A stretch of DNA of 64,000 nt from Paraphysomonas bandaiensis (lineage: Eukaryota; Protista; Chrysophyceae), in the NCBI GenBank assembly GCA_965644295.1, contig CBFFRP010000094.1, positions 1 to 64,000 of the forward strand, read 5' to 3'. The notes under the pieces are model-generated. The model did no database searches, was not told where the DNA came from, and saw nothing but the letters and a program-made list of their open reading frames with translations. Position numbers and translations under genes: made by a program. Each line of letters opens with the position of its first letter. Positions within the stretch are counted from its first letter, which is position 1. Positions 34,480 through 48,152 of the stretch are shown here, one piece after another.

Positions 34480-37400
34480 CCTTTTACTCCAAAAAAGAAT
34501 AATTTCCAATTCCAAATCCTGCCTGTTTTAGCAGGATTGGATGTTTTTTTTAAACGGTCGAAACTATGTAAAATTGTGTAAATTACGTATTATAAGAGTA
34601 TGTATTTTCCTACTTTGCAATATATATTATACTGTGTTTATTGTTGTTAATTATAGTACCTCTAGGTCGTATTGGTATGATATTTTTAGGTAGTACCTAT
34701 AGGTAGTATTGATACATGTAGGCAGTGCATATAGGTACATTTCAATATAAATAGGGATACTTATCAGTAGGAAATGTAGAGGTTATAGATACCACCTATA
34801 GGGAGACGATTAGGCACGTGTATTAGTGCAATATCATATGTCGATATGTTACAGGTAGCACTAATATTCTATTTATGATAGATGGTAGATATCAAGATAC
34901 AAAGCACCCTATATCTAGGTGACAATGATTGACATGTTTCAATACACCGTCCTTATTTACATCAATACGTATAGGGCACAGTGAGAAAGTAATATATCTT
35001 ACATTCATATTAGTATATACATACTCAATTGACAATTGAAGTTATTATTGCGTGGGTCTCTCCATTATCGAACTCTGAAGCGTCATTTTCTTCATATGCT
35101 CTGTATCATAGAATGAAAATTTCTAAATTAAATATTTTCACAACATAATTCAAGAACGTTACCCTAAGACTCCTCTGGTGTTACATGACAATCGAGTTCA
35201 TACGGCTCCGCAGAGTATGCTGCACGTCAACAATGATTGACATGCTCCAACACAGTATCTTTATATACATCAATACGCACAGGACACTATGAGAAAGTAT
35301 CTATAAATGATACAGTCATCGTAGTATATACCTTCAAATCAGAGAGGAGAATGACACTCAAGTGGAGTTATTCTTATGTGAGTCTCTGATGATCAGCTCT
35401 GCAGTATGAGTATATTAATATGCTCTGTTTCGAACCACTAAATTGAATATATTACAATATCATCCGATCGTACTACCTGAGAGCCCTCTGGTGTCATGGT
35501 CATGGAATCAACTCTGCTATCTCTGTCTTTGAAATAGACCAACTCTCCTGTATGAATGCCAATTAACCATACCTTTCACCAGCTAAATAAACAACCAGCA
35601 GCATGTGGCATGAAAGAACTATGAGCTCATGTATTCCCAGTGAGGTTATGATCATATCAGCCTGCGTTCCTCTGTAAAAGTATCGCATCGTATCCTGTAT
35701 GTGAAGCTAACAGACATCTGTCTCTGGATTCTGTGGACAATATGCCGATAAATATCTTGAAAATGTGTAGTTTTGTGACATATTTGAGTGAAAAACCAGG
35801 GGATTTTTTAGTTTAGGTTGCATAATTCATTTTACATAGTTCTTCTAGTTTCGCTAAACCCAATTATTTTACACAACTCCCAAAAATCCTGCCTTTAGTT
35901 TTACATAGATCGGTGGGTTTTTCCTACCCAAAAACTCACACATAGAATAATTTTTTCTTGTGTAAATTATTTTGCACAACTCCCGAAAATCCTGCTTTTA
36001 GTTTTTCTAAACGGTCGAATTGTGTAAATTACGTATTATTAGAGTATGTATTTTGTATATACGGTTGCTGGTATACTGGCAGGAGTGTGTTAGATGTGAA
36101 GGTCATGACCATAAATAGACCACACACAGACAGTCTATTGTGGGGTGAAATTATGACCCAACCTGCAGATTAAAACAAAGGACGATTGATGGAGTCGTTA
36201 ATGGACTGACATGACTTCACTGTACTGCAAGATTCATGCTGTTCAAGACCAGTATGATGACTTTTAACCGCTTGAGACAACTGCTTCATGTGTGTGGTTA
36301 TTGCCATCAGAAGAGACAGTGAAGTGGAAGAGGGCCCTTACAAGAGGATAAAATACTGCTTGAATCGTTATTTTGCAGAATGCATGCTCAGTGTGCATCC
36401 TGTGAAGTTCTCCCGATAATTCAAGGATTCAAGTAATGTGACCGTTAGCATCTTCAATATCCATCAATGGGGGGCAGCGTTCATGTTAGTATTATTAATG
36501 CATGCAATTAATAGAAATAATATTTTGGGTAAATTATTTCCTATATATACACCTCTGTATCAGTATCGTACCCGAGAAGTTATCTCGGTGTAAGATCGGT
36601 GTAAGATGGCTTGGACGAACAAATGTTATCATTACCTTGGAAGCTAACTGAACTCAGATTGGCGGTGAAGACATCTGAAGTGCACAATGCTTCTGCTTCT
36701 TAGCAGGTGATTGGGAGCTAGTTTACACTTTGGTTCAGATTTCTCGTGGTATGTATATTAGTAGGTTCTAAGTAGTAATTGTCGTTAATTTTTACTTCGT
36801 AAGATGTTAATGCGAATACCATCTTATTTTAATTGAATACATGCTTTGTCTTTTCATAATTGATACAGATCTGCAATATTGCTGGTTTTTATATTATTTC
36901 CTACTTTGCAATATATATATTATACTCTGTTTATTGTTGTTAATTATAGTACCTCTAGGTCGTATTGGTATTATATTTTTAGGTAGTACCTATAGGTAGT
37001 ATTGATACATGTAGGCAGTGCCTGTAGGTACATTTTAATATAAATAGGGATACTTATCAGTAGGAAATGTAGAGGTTATAGATACCACCTATAGGGAGGC
37101 GATTAGGCACGTGTATTAGTGCAATATCATATGTCGATATTGGCATCAAAAAAAAACGGGGATTTAATCCAACCATAAGTCCAACGCTCCTGACATACTC
37201 CTCATTGGGGTAACCAGCCATTAGTGGATCATTTTCTTCCAACAGCATTCTTAGTACTGCAATAGCTGCACTTAACTTAGAACGTCTTTCTTAGGCGCTT
37301 CTTCCATAATAGCAATAAATCATAAATCAACAACTATGGATAAGTCTACAATTACAATACTATTTACAAGCAACTTCCAGAGTGAAGAAATTGCATCTTA

Positions 37401-38650
37401 TTATGAATAATCAATATATACTACCTACGATTACCAGGTATCATGGTAATGTCAACATAATATTCTACTAATAGGCTGGCGTATTCATCCTCTGCAGAGT
37501 GTTACAGGTAGCACTAATATTCTATTTATGATAGATGGTAAATATCAAGATACGAAGCACCCTATATCTAGGTGACAATGATTGACATGTTTCAATACAC
37601 CGTCCTTATTTACATCAATACGTATAGGGCACAGTGAGAAAGTAATATATCTTACATTCATATTAGTATATACATACTCAATTGACAATTGAAGTTATTC
37701 TTGCGTGGGTCTCTCCATTATCGAACTCTGAAGTGTCACTTTCGTCATATGCTCTGTATCATAGAATCAAAATTTCTAAATTAAATATTTTCACAACATA
37801 ATTCAAGAACGTTACCCTAAGACTCCTCTGGTGTTACAGGACAATCGAGTTCATACGGCTCCGCAGAGTATGCTGCACGTCAACAATGATTGACATGCTC
37901 CAACACAGTATCTTTATATACATCAATACGCACAGGACACTATGAGAAAGTATCTATAAATGATACAATCATAGTAGTATTTACCTTCAAATCAGAGAGG
38001 AGAATGACACTCAAGTGGAGTTATTCTTATGTGAGTCTCTGATGATCAGCTCTGCAGTATGAGTATATTCATATGCTCTGTTTCGAACGACTAAATTGAA
38101 TATATTTACAATATCATCCGATCGTATTACCTGAGAGCCCTCTGGTGTTATGGTCACGGAATCAACTCTGCTATCTCTGTCTTTGAAATAGACCAACTCT
38201 CCTGTATGATTGCCACTTAACCATACCTTTCACCAGCTAAATCAACAACCAGCAGCATGTGGCATGAAAGAACTATGAGCTCATGTATTCCCAGTGAGGT
38301 TATGATCATATCACAGCCTGCATTCCTCTTATTGCTGTAAAAGTATCGCATCGTATCCTGTATGTGAAGCTAACAGACATCTGTCTCTGATTCTGTGGGC
38401 AATATGCCGATTATTATCTTGAAAATGTGTAGTTTTGTGACATATTTGAGTGAAAAACCAGGGGATTTTTTAGTTTAGGTTGTGTAATTCATTTTACATA
38501 GTTCTTCTAGTTTCGCTAAACCCAAAAACTCACACACACTACAATAGAGAATAATTTTTTCTCGTGTAAATTATTTTACACAACTCCCAAAAATCCAGCC
38601 TTTAGTTTTACATAGATCGGTGGGTTTTACATAGATCGGGGTTTTTTTCA
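34480..38650. repeat. Decayed head-to-tail duplication (copy A ~34480-35980, copy B ~35980-38640), probable transposon or pseudogene relic
   Basis: 34605-35940 aligns with 36897-38530. Copy B has extra segments at ~36055-36895 and ~37140-37500. Each copy has an internal ~310-bp repeat (34921/35230) and repeated AACTCCCAAAAATCC...TTTTACATAGATCGG motifs near its end. Confidence 0.8.
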
Positions 38651-38785
38651 CACTTGAGTGTTCCATTGTTGTCATGTACTGTATGTATCGTATCGTGTCG
38701 TGTCGTATCATGCTGTTGGTCGTTCCAATTGAACAGAGAGTTTATTATTAATTACATCACCAAAGTCTACTCGCCTTCACTGATA

Positions 38786-40308
38786 ATGAAAGATGCAGGG
38801 AAAACCAGTCATAGAAGCAGAGGTCTCAATTCCTTGTGTCTGAAGCTGGCCGTCCTGCTGGCGGGAGTGGTAGTCGTTCCGTGGGTTATGTATGCATACA
38901 TACAGCGGGGGTCACAGACACAAACACAGACCGCTCCGAGTGCCTCCTCTAGTATTATGGACAGCATTGAGTACAATGTCCCCATTAGCCCGAAGCTCAG
39001 TGATAAATCTGCGACACAGTATAAACTTCCTAACCCTGTGTTGGGTCCGAGATCAACAAATGGAACGAAGCCTATGCTGGGTAGCCACACCGGCCGGGAT
39101 GCAGTCTTTGCCCTCGCCTGTAATTACCCTCTCGAATCGTTTAAGTTTTTTGTAGGGTCGCTGCGCCGATTTGGGTTCAATGATGACATCGTTCTCGCCG
39201 TGAACCCTGCGCATCAGATACGAAGGAGTGTCTACAATTATCTGAACGATACCGGCGTCGTAGCCTACGGCTTTGATGTGGACTGCAGGGGCAAGGATGA
39301 TTGCAAACTAAAAGATGCCTTTCTAGGGTGAGTGTATGTCTTGCACAATGTATGCATAATTGGCGAGTGTACGTCAGGTACCCAGACCCCCGGCCGTATA
39401 GACCCTTTGCCAACATCAGATATGCTCTCTACGGTGTGTGTGAATCTTATTTGTTAAATCCCTATTCGTTGACTAAAGCGTTATGCGTTATATAACATAC
39501 TCAGAGTACTGGCTTGAACACTATACACCGCGGTCCTATGTGCTTATCCTTGACTTCAGAGACACTTTCTTTCAGGCCAACCCATTCTCTGTATTTGGCC
39601 ACTTCCAGCAACGAAAGCCCAAGTATGAGCTACATGTATTTGCAGAAAATCATGATGTAAGTTTGTACTCGTTTTGGTCTGCCGCCAATAGAATGATTAA
39701 CGTGCATTGGATAGGTAAAGACTATTGGTGGGTGCCTATTTAACTCGGGATGGGTTGGGGAGTGCTTTGGCCAGCAGGCACTGAAAGAGCTTGAGCATGA
39801 AGCAGTAATTTGTTCGGGGTCTACTCTGGGCAGTTTTGGAGGAATAACGCACTATGTAACCACTATGCTTAAGTCTATGGATGAGGTGCAATGTTGGCGA
39901 AAGAATATTGAATCCGACCAGGGCTACCAGAGTTATCTCTTTTATAACGGGAGGTTTGATACTGCACTGGGCAATGCCACTAAATTTGACCAGGTACATT
40001 GGAGTGCGAACAGTGTTTATTCTGTTGTGACAGCTGTCATAGGGATATGGTGTGGTTAATACCATTGGAGCTATGAATGGATACAGGTACAATTGTGAAA
40101 TAAGTGGGATTGTACTATCTGACCACCTGCGTATATGATATACAGAGTTCCGAAGGAGAAAAAAGGACCACTGGATACGTTCTGGAAGATTCGTGACAGT
40201 GAGGGCTATGTGCTGAACTATGATGGCTCTCGCAGTGCCTGTGTGCATCAATGGGATCGTTTTCACGACGAGTTGTATCCCTGGCTAAGGAAAACGTTCG
40301 GGAGGTAG
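38786..40308 (+). CDS. Type II membrane glycosyltransferase-like protein (uncharacterised family), 6 exons
   Basis: N-terminal TM helix plus stem. FVGSLRRFGFNDDIVLAV, RYALYEYW, LILDFRDTFFQANPF (DxxD), VICSGSTLG, DQGYQSYL and HQWDR. Exons join at canonical introns. Confidence 0.8.
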
Positions 40309-40945
40309 ATTGAGTAGAAAACTAGTAAAGACTATAGTGGGTAGATGTAGTGATGATCTTAGCTTGTAATATTTTTTGGGTGCGATTCTGAATAAGCTTT
40401 TTTCGGGTTTACGTGTTGGTAAATAAGTATGTGGTCACATGTTTCCCACGCCGTTGCATATTTAACACCTAAGAATTGTAGTGGCCGCCAGTGATATGTT
40501 CAGTTTTGATAGATAGAATTATATAACATCTCCAAGACTTAAAAGCTATCAAGTGATATTAATTCATTACAACAATTTCAAACTATCGCAATTGCAAGGA
40601 TTGGATTGACACTTTATTAAATAATTGCAACAAAATTAATTACGTTCATCCCCAATTAATTGTGATTATATGTGTATTTTATGCGGTGCCACTGTTATAA
40701 AAACCTGAAACCCAGCACACTGTCCACCCGGTCTACCCGCGTCATGTTTAATTGAATTGAATAAAATACCTCAGCTAATATCATAATTGATTTCACTAAT
40801 ATTTTTAAACAGCCGACTCATTGTGGGCAGGCATATTATGTAACAATGAATTATATAAGTACTTATGCTATGATGGTGAAAGCGGTAGCTTATCTCATCA
40901 TCATTTTCAATAGTTTCAACATTAATAATTATTAGTATTATAGAT

Positions 40946-41523
40946 AAGTCAAGGTAATACCGAAACCTCTGGTAAAGCAATTACATCAAATATAATGATC
41001 ATCAACCTAGCAGCAAGATACTTCAGGCACTTAAGAGGTTAGTATATATACAGTTTTATATAAATAATATATATACAGTAACTTCGTCAGAGAAAAGGAC
41101 TAAAAAACATCAATGGGAAATAGTGACAGAGCCTAAAACAGAATGGGTAGATCAAGGCGCTCTCTCATCTGAGAATATGTTGTGACCGGAAACGTCGACG
41201 TAGTAGTGGGGTATCATCGTATACAAAGAATAGCTCCACAGTATATTATGCTTGACGGAATATAGCTTGAACTGTATAAAATATTATATACGTGTAGTTG
41301 GTGACTTTTATTGCTGTAAAACTGAAGTAATAATAATATGCAAGAAAAAAAGTAGTAAAAATATTATAAACAATATTCTTCACGATATATATATTTATAT
41401 ATAATATCTTCATAATAGTAAGTTATTGTGCATATTTTAATTATTCCCTTTTCCGACCATCATCAAAAATATCATCAGGTTTTAAACATTATTTCACCAG
41501 GTTTCGGTATTACCTCTCGACTT
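40946..41523. mobile_element. MITE-like element related to the one at 14133-14356
   Basis: Left end AAGTCAAGGTAATACCGAAACCTCTGG; right end (revcomp) AAGTCGAGAGGTAATACCGAAACCTGG. Confidence 0.6.
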
Positions 41524-41599
41524 CATGAATACACAGTATATATAATATGTATAATATATATAATATATATGTATAATATACATCATGTCTATTCTTCTT

Positions 41600-41730
41600 A
41601 TTGAAAGTCTTGTTATTTAGCAGTAGGCGTTGAAACCCGGCACCCATTAGTGGTTAGTGGAATGCTAGTCATACTATAGTTAGACTACTACCCGTAACTA
41701 ATCAATGCAAATCTATTCTTCTTATATTTA
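41600..41730 (-). repeat. Dispersed repeat family R1 tail copy
   Basis: TTGAAAGTCTTGTTATTTAGCAGTAGGCGTTG...CTACCCGTAACTAATCAAT is the reverse complement of ~33300-33425. Confidence 0.8.
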
Positions 41731-42663
41731 GTTGTTAGTAGACATATTTTAATACTTTTTTCATATCAAGCTCTGATTTAACTTTTCCGTATCTTGAATC
41801 GTCATGACACTTCAGTTTCGCAGTTATATATTAATTTTGACTGATTACAGTTTTTAATGTATTCTATAGTTCTATCTTTTAGGGAAGCATACGTATTCCA
41901 AAATGTAGCGTTTAAGGTTCAAAAGTGGGATTAGCACTGAATGAGTGAATGTGTTGGAAAGTGCTCATTGTTTAACTAGATCTCGAAGAGAATTTGTCGT
42001 TAGACTAGATAGATTAATTATCGTTTACACGAATTGTGACCAACAAAACAATCTCATTTTGCTCCACGCATAATCTCCTACATATTATGTGAACCTCTCG
42101 TTACTAAACATATCTTAAAAGATCAAACTATATCAGTTTCTCAATATTATCACAGCATTTGTGTACATCACCATATATTGCAGTATTCTCCTAAATTGTC
42201 TTCAAGTCTTCAAGCGCCACATCTTCAAGTCATATTCTAATATAGAATGAACAACGAATTACGGGTATATCATTATTTAGAAAGCCATCCCATGGAGTAC
42301 AGCTAAACAGATTACAATATATAGAAATTTCATAATCGTTTTCTCGTATTTGTAAACCTACACTTATTATTTAGGTATACATTCATTTCAAAGTCAAAGC
42401 CATTTCTTCTTTAAAGGTGTCGAAATCGTGGTACATATATCGACTATAAAATATAACGTCGATTCCAGGCTTCGACAGACATTCTCCGAATAGAAACATG
42501 GCTACCACTGATACGAGGCAGCCGTACAAATATAAGGGTGTGAACCAGTGAAGCCGATTAATGGCACATATAACATATAATATATTAGCTACTTATTTGA
42601 AATATACAATTACATAGATATCGATACATCACTAATTCATAGCTTTGCAACAGTACAAGTTCG

Positions 42664-44753
42664 CTACTGGGAGAAATCAAAAACCACTATGTCATTAACA
42701 GTGCCACAAAATTCCAGAAACTCAGACTTAGATATTCCTTGAAGATCTTGATCATCACCTGAATCGTTCGAGAATACTTCACACAATACATCAACCAGAT
42801 TGAATCTACTGTTGACAAGGGTGGACAATGTCGAGCTTGAGGAGACAATCTTACTGAGTTTGGAAGACTGCAATTGCTTGGCAAGGAGAGACGAATCCAC
42901 ACGTCCATTCTTCTCAGTGTCCACGATGTCAAAAACATGTGCACATACAGCTCTCTCTGATACCAGAGGACGCGGGGTTATCACAGTTCCTTCTGCAGCT
43001 TTGGAGGACCCGATGTGTCGGGGAAGGAATTGCCGACTTGTGGAAGAGAGTTGCGCCTGTCTCACCTCGTCTGTGCTAGTCAGGTACTGTAATGTATATG
43101 TACCTTCAGGGTTTACCGATTTCACAACTGCCGGAAGCCAGACGCAGCCACGGTTGTATAGGCCCCAAACAAAATCCCCTTCACGCAGTTGTCGACGCAC
43201 CATCGCTTGACGATCCTCCCTATATAGTTCTGCTCTTGTTTGTGCAGCAAATCTTGCCATTGCTTCCTCTTTCTGTTCTTCACCAAGGACGTCGGACCAT
43301 GCCCCGGTGGTGGAGTAAGCAATTTGTCTATGTTCTTCCTCGAGCCTGATATGTTTCACAGGTACTCCCTCCTCGAGAGACACTGCCTTAGCCGCTTGCA
43401 ACCAGCTCTCCACACTAATGCTGTCATCTAGGTCATCGAATATGGCGTAGAAGAACCCCCACTGCCGCCGCTTTAAACTCATCCAGAAGACAGTGAAGCG
43501 CAGATATGCTTGCACTGCAGCGCTCTTACCAATTTCAGGAATCGTTTCCCGTCGGATGCGACCAGTACCCTCTGAATCAAGCAGCGCGAAGGCGGCTCGT
43601 AACATTTCCGACATATCCCACCTGAGAAGAGGATGTCCGTCAATTATTTCACAGTGCTTCGGTTCGACATCTGTCAATAGAACTTTTTGCGAATCTAGGA
43701 AACAAGTGTCATCGAACGTACATACTCACATGCTGTAAACTAACCTTTGAGGTACTTCGGCCCCGAATCTGCTATGTAGCTGCGAGATATTCCAGGGGAA
43801 CTGCCCAGTCGAGTGTTGCTGGAAGGTGGGTTATTATTATTATTGTTGTTTGGGCCTCCAGATAGCAATCCTGCCTCCCGAGGAGATCCTGCACCAGTGG
43901 TGCTGGCCATGGACTGCAGCTGCATTATACGAGGAGAGGTGGCAGGAGGGACAGAAGATGTGGAACTATGCCCTGCAGCTGACGATGACTGCTTGTTCTT
44001 ACGAGTTCCAGCAGGACGCATCGCCAAGTCAGCTATCGACGCAATCTTGCGCGGATCATAAGTCTCACCATTTAAACTGACAGTTCTGGACTGTTGCAAT
44101 CCGTCCAGATGAATCGTAGATGGCTCACCTTCCATGGTCCATATTTCATACCCCTCTGAGACGGACCTGTTATTTCTGCTTTTCAAACGGTCTGACCCCG
44201 CTGCTTGCAGATCATCATCGCACTTGACTTCTGGTCTAGTAGGCCACTTATAGTGCATGATATCCCCGGAGTAAGTTGCAGAGTAAAACGATTTCAGGTA
44301 ACTCTGGCGAGCAGACTCTTCTTCCACAGAGGCATGAAAAGCCTCTTGTCGTATCCGTAGCGCTTCTTCCTCCTCCCATTTCTTCTGTGTAAGCATCGTT
44401 TTGCAAAAGAGTTCGTGTGCTGCACTCTCTTCAGCAGCCTTATTCATAAGAGCCACCTCCAAGCTACGATCACCAGCTTCTTTATCTAAACCCCAAAATT
44501 TATCCGTTCCAGTCTGTTCAAACTCGGCGAAAGTCATCTGAGTGCTCTCGAATGACGCCACTTCATCCACTGATAAGCCGCTGTGGTTACTAAACAACTT
44601 CGCGAAACTCTTCCCGTGAGTGAGAGACATCTTCCTGGCCCTTGTTCTTGTTCCACGGCGAATAGATTCATTCGCTTCAGTTTCTTTTACGGCCTCAACA
44701 CCGAAGAGAGCGTCCACGTCGACATTGAGGGACTTCTCTCCCTGCGCTGCCAT
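42664..44753 (-). CDS. Hypothetical protein with degenerate EF-hand pairs and a Tudor/Agenet-like domain, 2 exons
   Basis: AAFALLDSEGTGRI, VFDIVDTEKNGRVD and GISKSEFLEF (EF-hand-like). LREGDFVWGLYNRGCVWLPAVVKSVNPEGTYTLQY (Tudor-like). Intron at ~43697-43743. Confidence 0.7.
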
Positions 44754-45162
44754 CCTCTCAAGTCGCAGCTAACAGGCAGAAGTGTCTAGAGAAGTGCGTT
44801 GATTTATTACTGCAGCAAACACTGCATTTATCGACTTCGTACACGAGACGGTCTCAATGCTGCCTCACGAGATGCTTAAGTTACATAACTCTCTTCACAC
44901 TCACTGCGCATCTACACTACGCACGTACATACATACCACTTCGCTACACACCACACTGCGTCGATCGTTTTACATTCCATCCGTGCATAATATCCGCACG
45001 GGCGATACCGCCCGCTGTACGGAAGTGGGTATCTACCAGTATTCTATACTACATGTTTTGGCCAATAGGAGGGCAGGTAGTTGAAACCATTTGCAGAGGA
45101 TGCTCTATTCACCATGTCATTGTCTCTTGTGTTGTTCAGTGTTAGAGCAGAGAGTCAACGCC

Positions 45163-46140
45163 ATGTGGGTCGCTAAGTATGTCCTTCCCGCTCTGCAGCA
45201 AGTCTTGGGACTAGTCCTCGGGCTTCCTGTGTTTGGACTGATCGTAAATGTGTCTCTCAGTGCTGTGGCGTCATGTGTGAGAGTGTTCACTGGCGCAGTT
45301 GCTGCCCATAACATTAATATGAACTCACGTCCACAGAAAACTCTCATTTTATATCAGTATGAGGCATGTCCTTACTGCCGCCTCGTAAGGGAAGCGCTGT
45401 CTGTATTGGCTCTTGAAGTAGTGGTGTATCCGTGCCCCCGATTAACTCTTGGGCGATACGGCGTATCTGAAGGAAGCAGATACAGACCCGAGGCTATTAA
45501 ACTAACGGGAAAATGCATGTTTCCTACCCTTGTAGATCCCAATTTTGATCCACCACTTGCTATAGTAGAGTCCAAAGATATTATTACGCACATATGGAAA
45601 ACATATGGTGCAGGGGCGTCTAATCCTTGGAATTCTACTGTGGCATACAAATTGAAGCGCTTGGTTTTGATCCCAACTCTACTTCGACCAATGCCATATA
45701 TGGGTCTCATCCGTACCCCCTCCAGAGATCCTCCTGACCAGTTGCTGGTGCTATATTCCTATGAGTCCTGTCCGTTTTCCCGACTCTGTCGTGAATGTTT
45801 AGACTCTATAGAGATACCATATCGAGTTGTAAATGTACCTCCCTTCAATTTCTCATATGGTAGGCTGTTACTGGATCGTGAAGCCTCTACGTTGAGAGCT
45901 GAGGGTTTACTACCTGAGAGTATTCCTGCGCTTTCCGTTCCAGTTTTGGTTGATCGGAATACAGGAACAGTGAAAACGGATGCCATGGGCATAGTAACTT
46001 ATCTCAAATGTACCTACGCACTGGGTGAGGCACAAGCAAACTGGAGCGATTACTCTACAGCCGGGGCAGACGATGGTCACGGAGTTATTCCAGGGTTCAA
46101 GCAATCTCGCGCATTGAATGATACGAAAAAAGTATTGTAG
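45163..46140 (+). CDS. Protein with two GST-N/glutaredoxin-like (thioredoxin-fold) domains
   Basis: LYQYEACPYCRLVREAL...FPTLVDPN...ESKDII, then LYSYESCPFSRLCRECL...VPVLVDRNTG. An alternative in-frame ATG lies at 45100. Confidence 0.88.
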   Translation: MWVAKYVLPALQQVLGLVLGLPVFGLIVNVSLSAVASCVRVFTGAVAAHNINMNSRPQKTLILYQYEACPYCRLVREALSVLALEVVVYPCPRLTLGRYGVSEGSRYRPEAIKLTGKCMFPTLVDPNFDPPLAIVESKDIITHIWKTYGAGASNPWNSTVAYKLKRLVLIPTLLRPMPYMGLIRTPSRDPPDQLLVLYSYESCPFSRLCRECLDSIEIPYRVVNVPPFNFSYGRLLLDREASTLRAEGLLPESIPALSVPVLVDRNTGTVKTDAMGIVTYLKCTYALGEAQANWSDYSTAGADDGHGVIPGFKQSRALNDTKKVL

Positions 46141-46919
46141 ATAGCCATGAAGTACTACTTTTTTTCAGGTATAATGACTAGATTATATGTTGTTTAATTA
46201 ATATGACAACTCGTTATCGTAATATATATTATTGTGTCTCTGTACATATCACATTTAACATTTAAAAGAACCTGACAAAAATAGCCACTTTAGCTGTCAA
46301 TGCTACTTTGTTATAAATGGGATGTATTATTCGACCCAGTCGAATTGGTTGAAGTATAACCAAGAGATGGAAAACGTTGTCATTTATTTTTGAGCTCAAC
46401 AATAATAAGGTGCTTATGCAATTCGCCAAGTTAAACATGGTAGCATACGCTACTCTCTACCCATGAATTAATGAATGCAGACAATATATACATACAATTC
46501 ATGTCATCAGCTTTGCAATCAAATGAAGACCCTTTTCTCATGAACATATCTCCACAACTTCCTTCATTTCATGGCAATCGAACTCCACAACCCTAGGAGA
46601 GGCAAGGACGTCATTGGAGAACTGGAACTGCTATTGTTGATTAGGCCTTTCGCGGCATTGAGAAACTTGTCTCGATTCTTTCAGGCGTAATAAAGCTAGC
46701 ATATTCTTCACATTATGTAGAGAGCAGGGCTACATATTACTTTGACTGATAATAATCTATACATTCAGTATAGACATTGTGTTGCTTAAGTAAATATAAG
46801 CAGACATTTAGAAATATGATCATCAGAAGAATCTTAAATTTTAGGTAAGAACATGCAACAAATACTGTCACATTGCTCACTTTCTTTGCATCTTGTGATT
46901 TATATTATGGTAGTGAATG

Positions 46920-47840
46920 TCTTATCATTAGCATTAGGTGTTTAAGGTTCAATGCTTAGCTCTGATATCCTACTGTTGGACGCTACGAAAATTGTTTGTG
47001 TGGCACCGCATGCACCAAGGTGCAACCACTTTCACTCTATCACTCAAAGAATGTTGATATACCTGACATGTGATGACTTCAGGATTTCTGAGTCCTTAAA
47101 GTGAACATCCCGGATGCTTGACTTCGGTAGGCAGTCTAATACCCCGGATGCCTGCTTATTTGTGAGGGCGCAAAGACATCCAAACAAGTGACACTTTTAT
47201 ATTTTAGTATCCCTTGTACCACACAAGAAGAAACATTAAACTATATTATTCTTCTGGGGTATATATATAGATATATAGTGATGATTGTGATCATGCTAGA
47301 CTAGCAACTGTATGCCTCAATATACTTTCTTTGATTCTTCAGGTAATTACTTTGTTGAACTACTCATATTATGTAAAGAATCGCACCCTGAAACCCTCAG
47401 CAAAGTCGGACTCGCGCCTTCTCGTGGTGTTCTGGGGATAAGCACCGGAGAGATTTCTCCAGGAAACTCTAACAAACTAACGCGAGCCCATATATTATAT
47501 AGTCTGCAGATATTGTTCTGTCCACTCATAGCTAAATGCTTGTTTAGACGTCTTTGGACCTTGACGAATTAACAGGTATCCGGGAATGAGCCCACCTCAA
47601 GTGAATCCGGGGTATTGGGCTGCCTGCTGGCGTCAAGCATCCGGGCTGTTCACCTTATGAACAGAGAGCTTTAAGTGTTTGCACCTTGGTGCTTGTGATG
47701 CCGCACAAGCAGGTTTTGTACTTTGTACTGTCATATAGTAGGATATCAGAGTAAAGAGTTAAGCACTAGGTAGTTAAATTGTTTTGCTACGTTAGTTCTG
47801 ACTTACACGCCTATTGCTATTAATAAGACATTCAAAACTG
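46920..47840. repeat. Two R1 copies in inverted (head-to-head) orientation; 47340-47840 is among the most complete copies
   Basis: 46920-47230 is a diverged reverse complement of much of 47535-47830. Confidence 0.8.
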
Positions 47841-48152
47841 CAACTGCATGGATATAACCCACTTAATTAGGTGATCAGTTTCGATATATAACTGGTGATT
47901 TCAAAGAGCTATATAATGGACCCTCTAGAAAGATGGTCAGGAGAGAGACAATGCGTTGTTCTGTTATAATTTAACATATAATTTGAAAGTCACCACCCAT
48001 CGTTAGTTCACAATATCATTTCTATACAATCTATTACTATCAAATTGACACAAGCCCTATATAGGATCAGAAATTACAACTTTACATGCTAACAGCAACA
48101 CCCTCCCATTCAAGCCCTGCTGTGGAGTAATATCCATCATTAACTATAGCGC

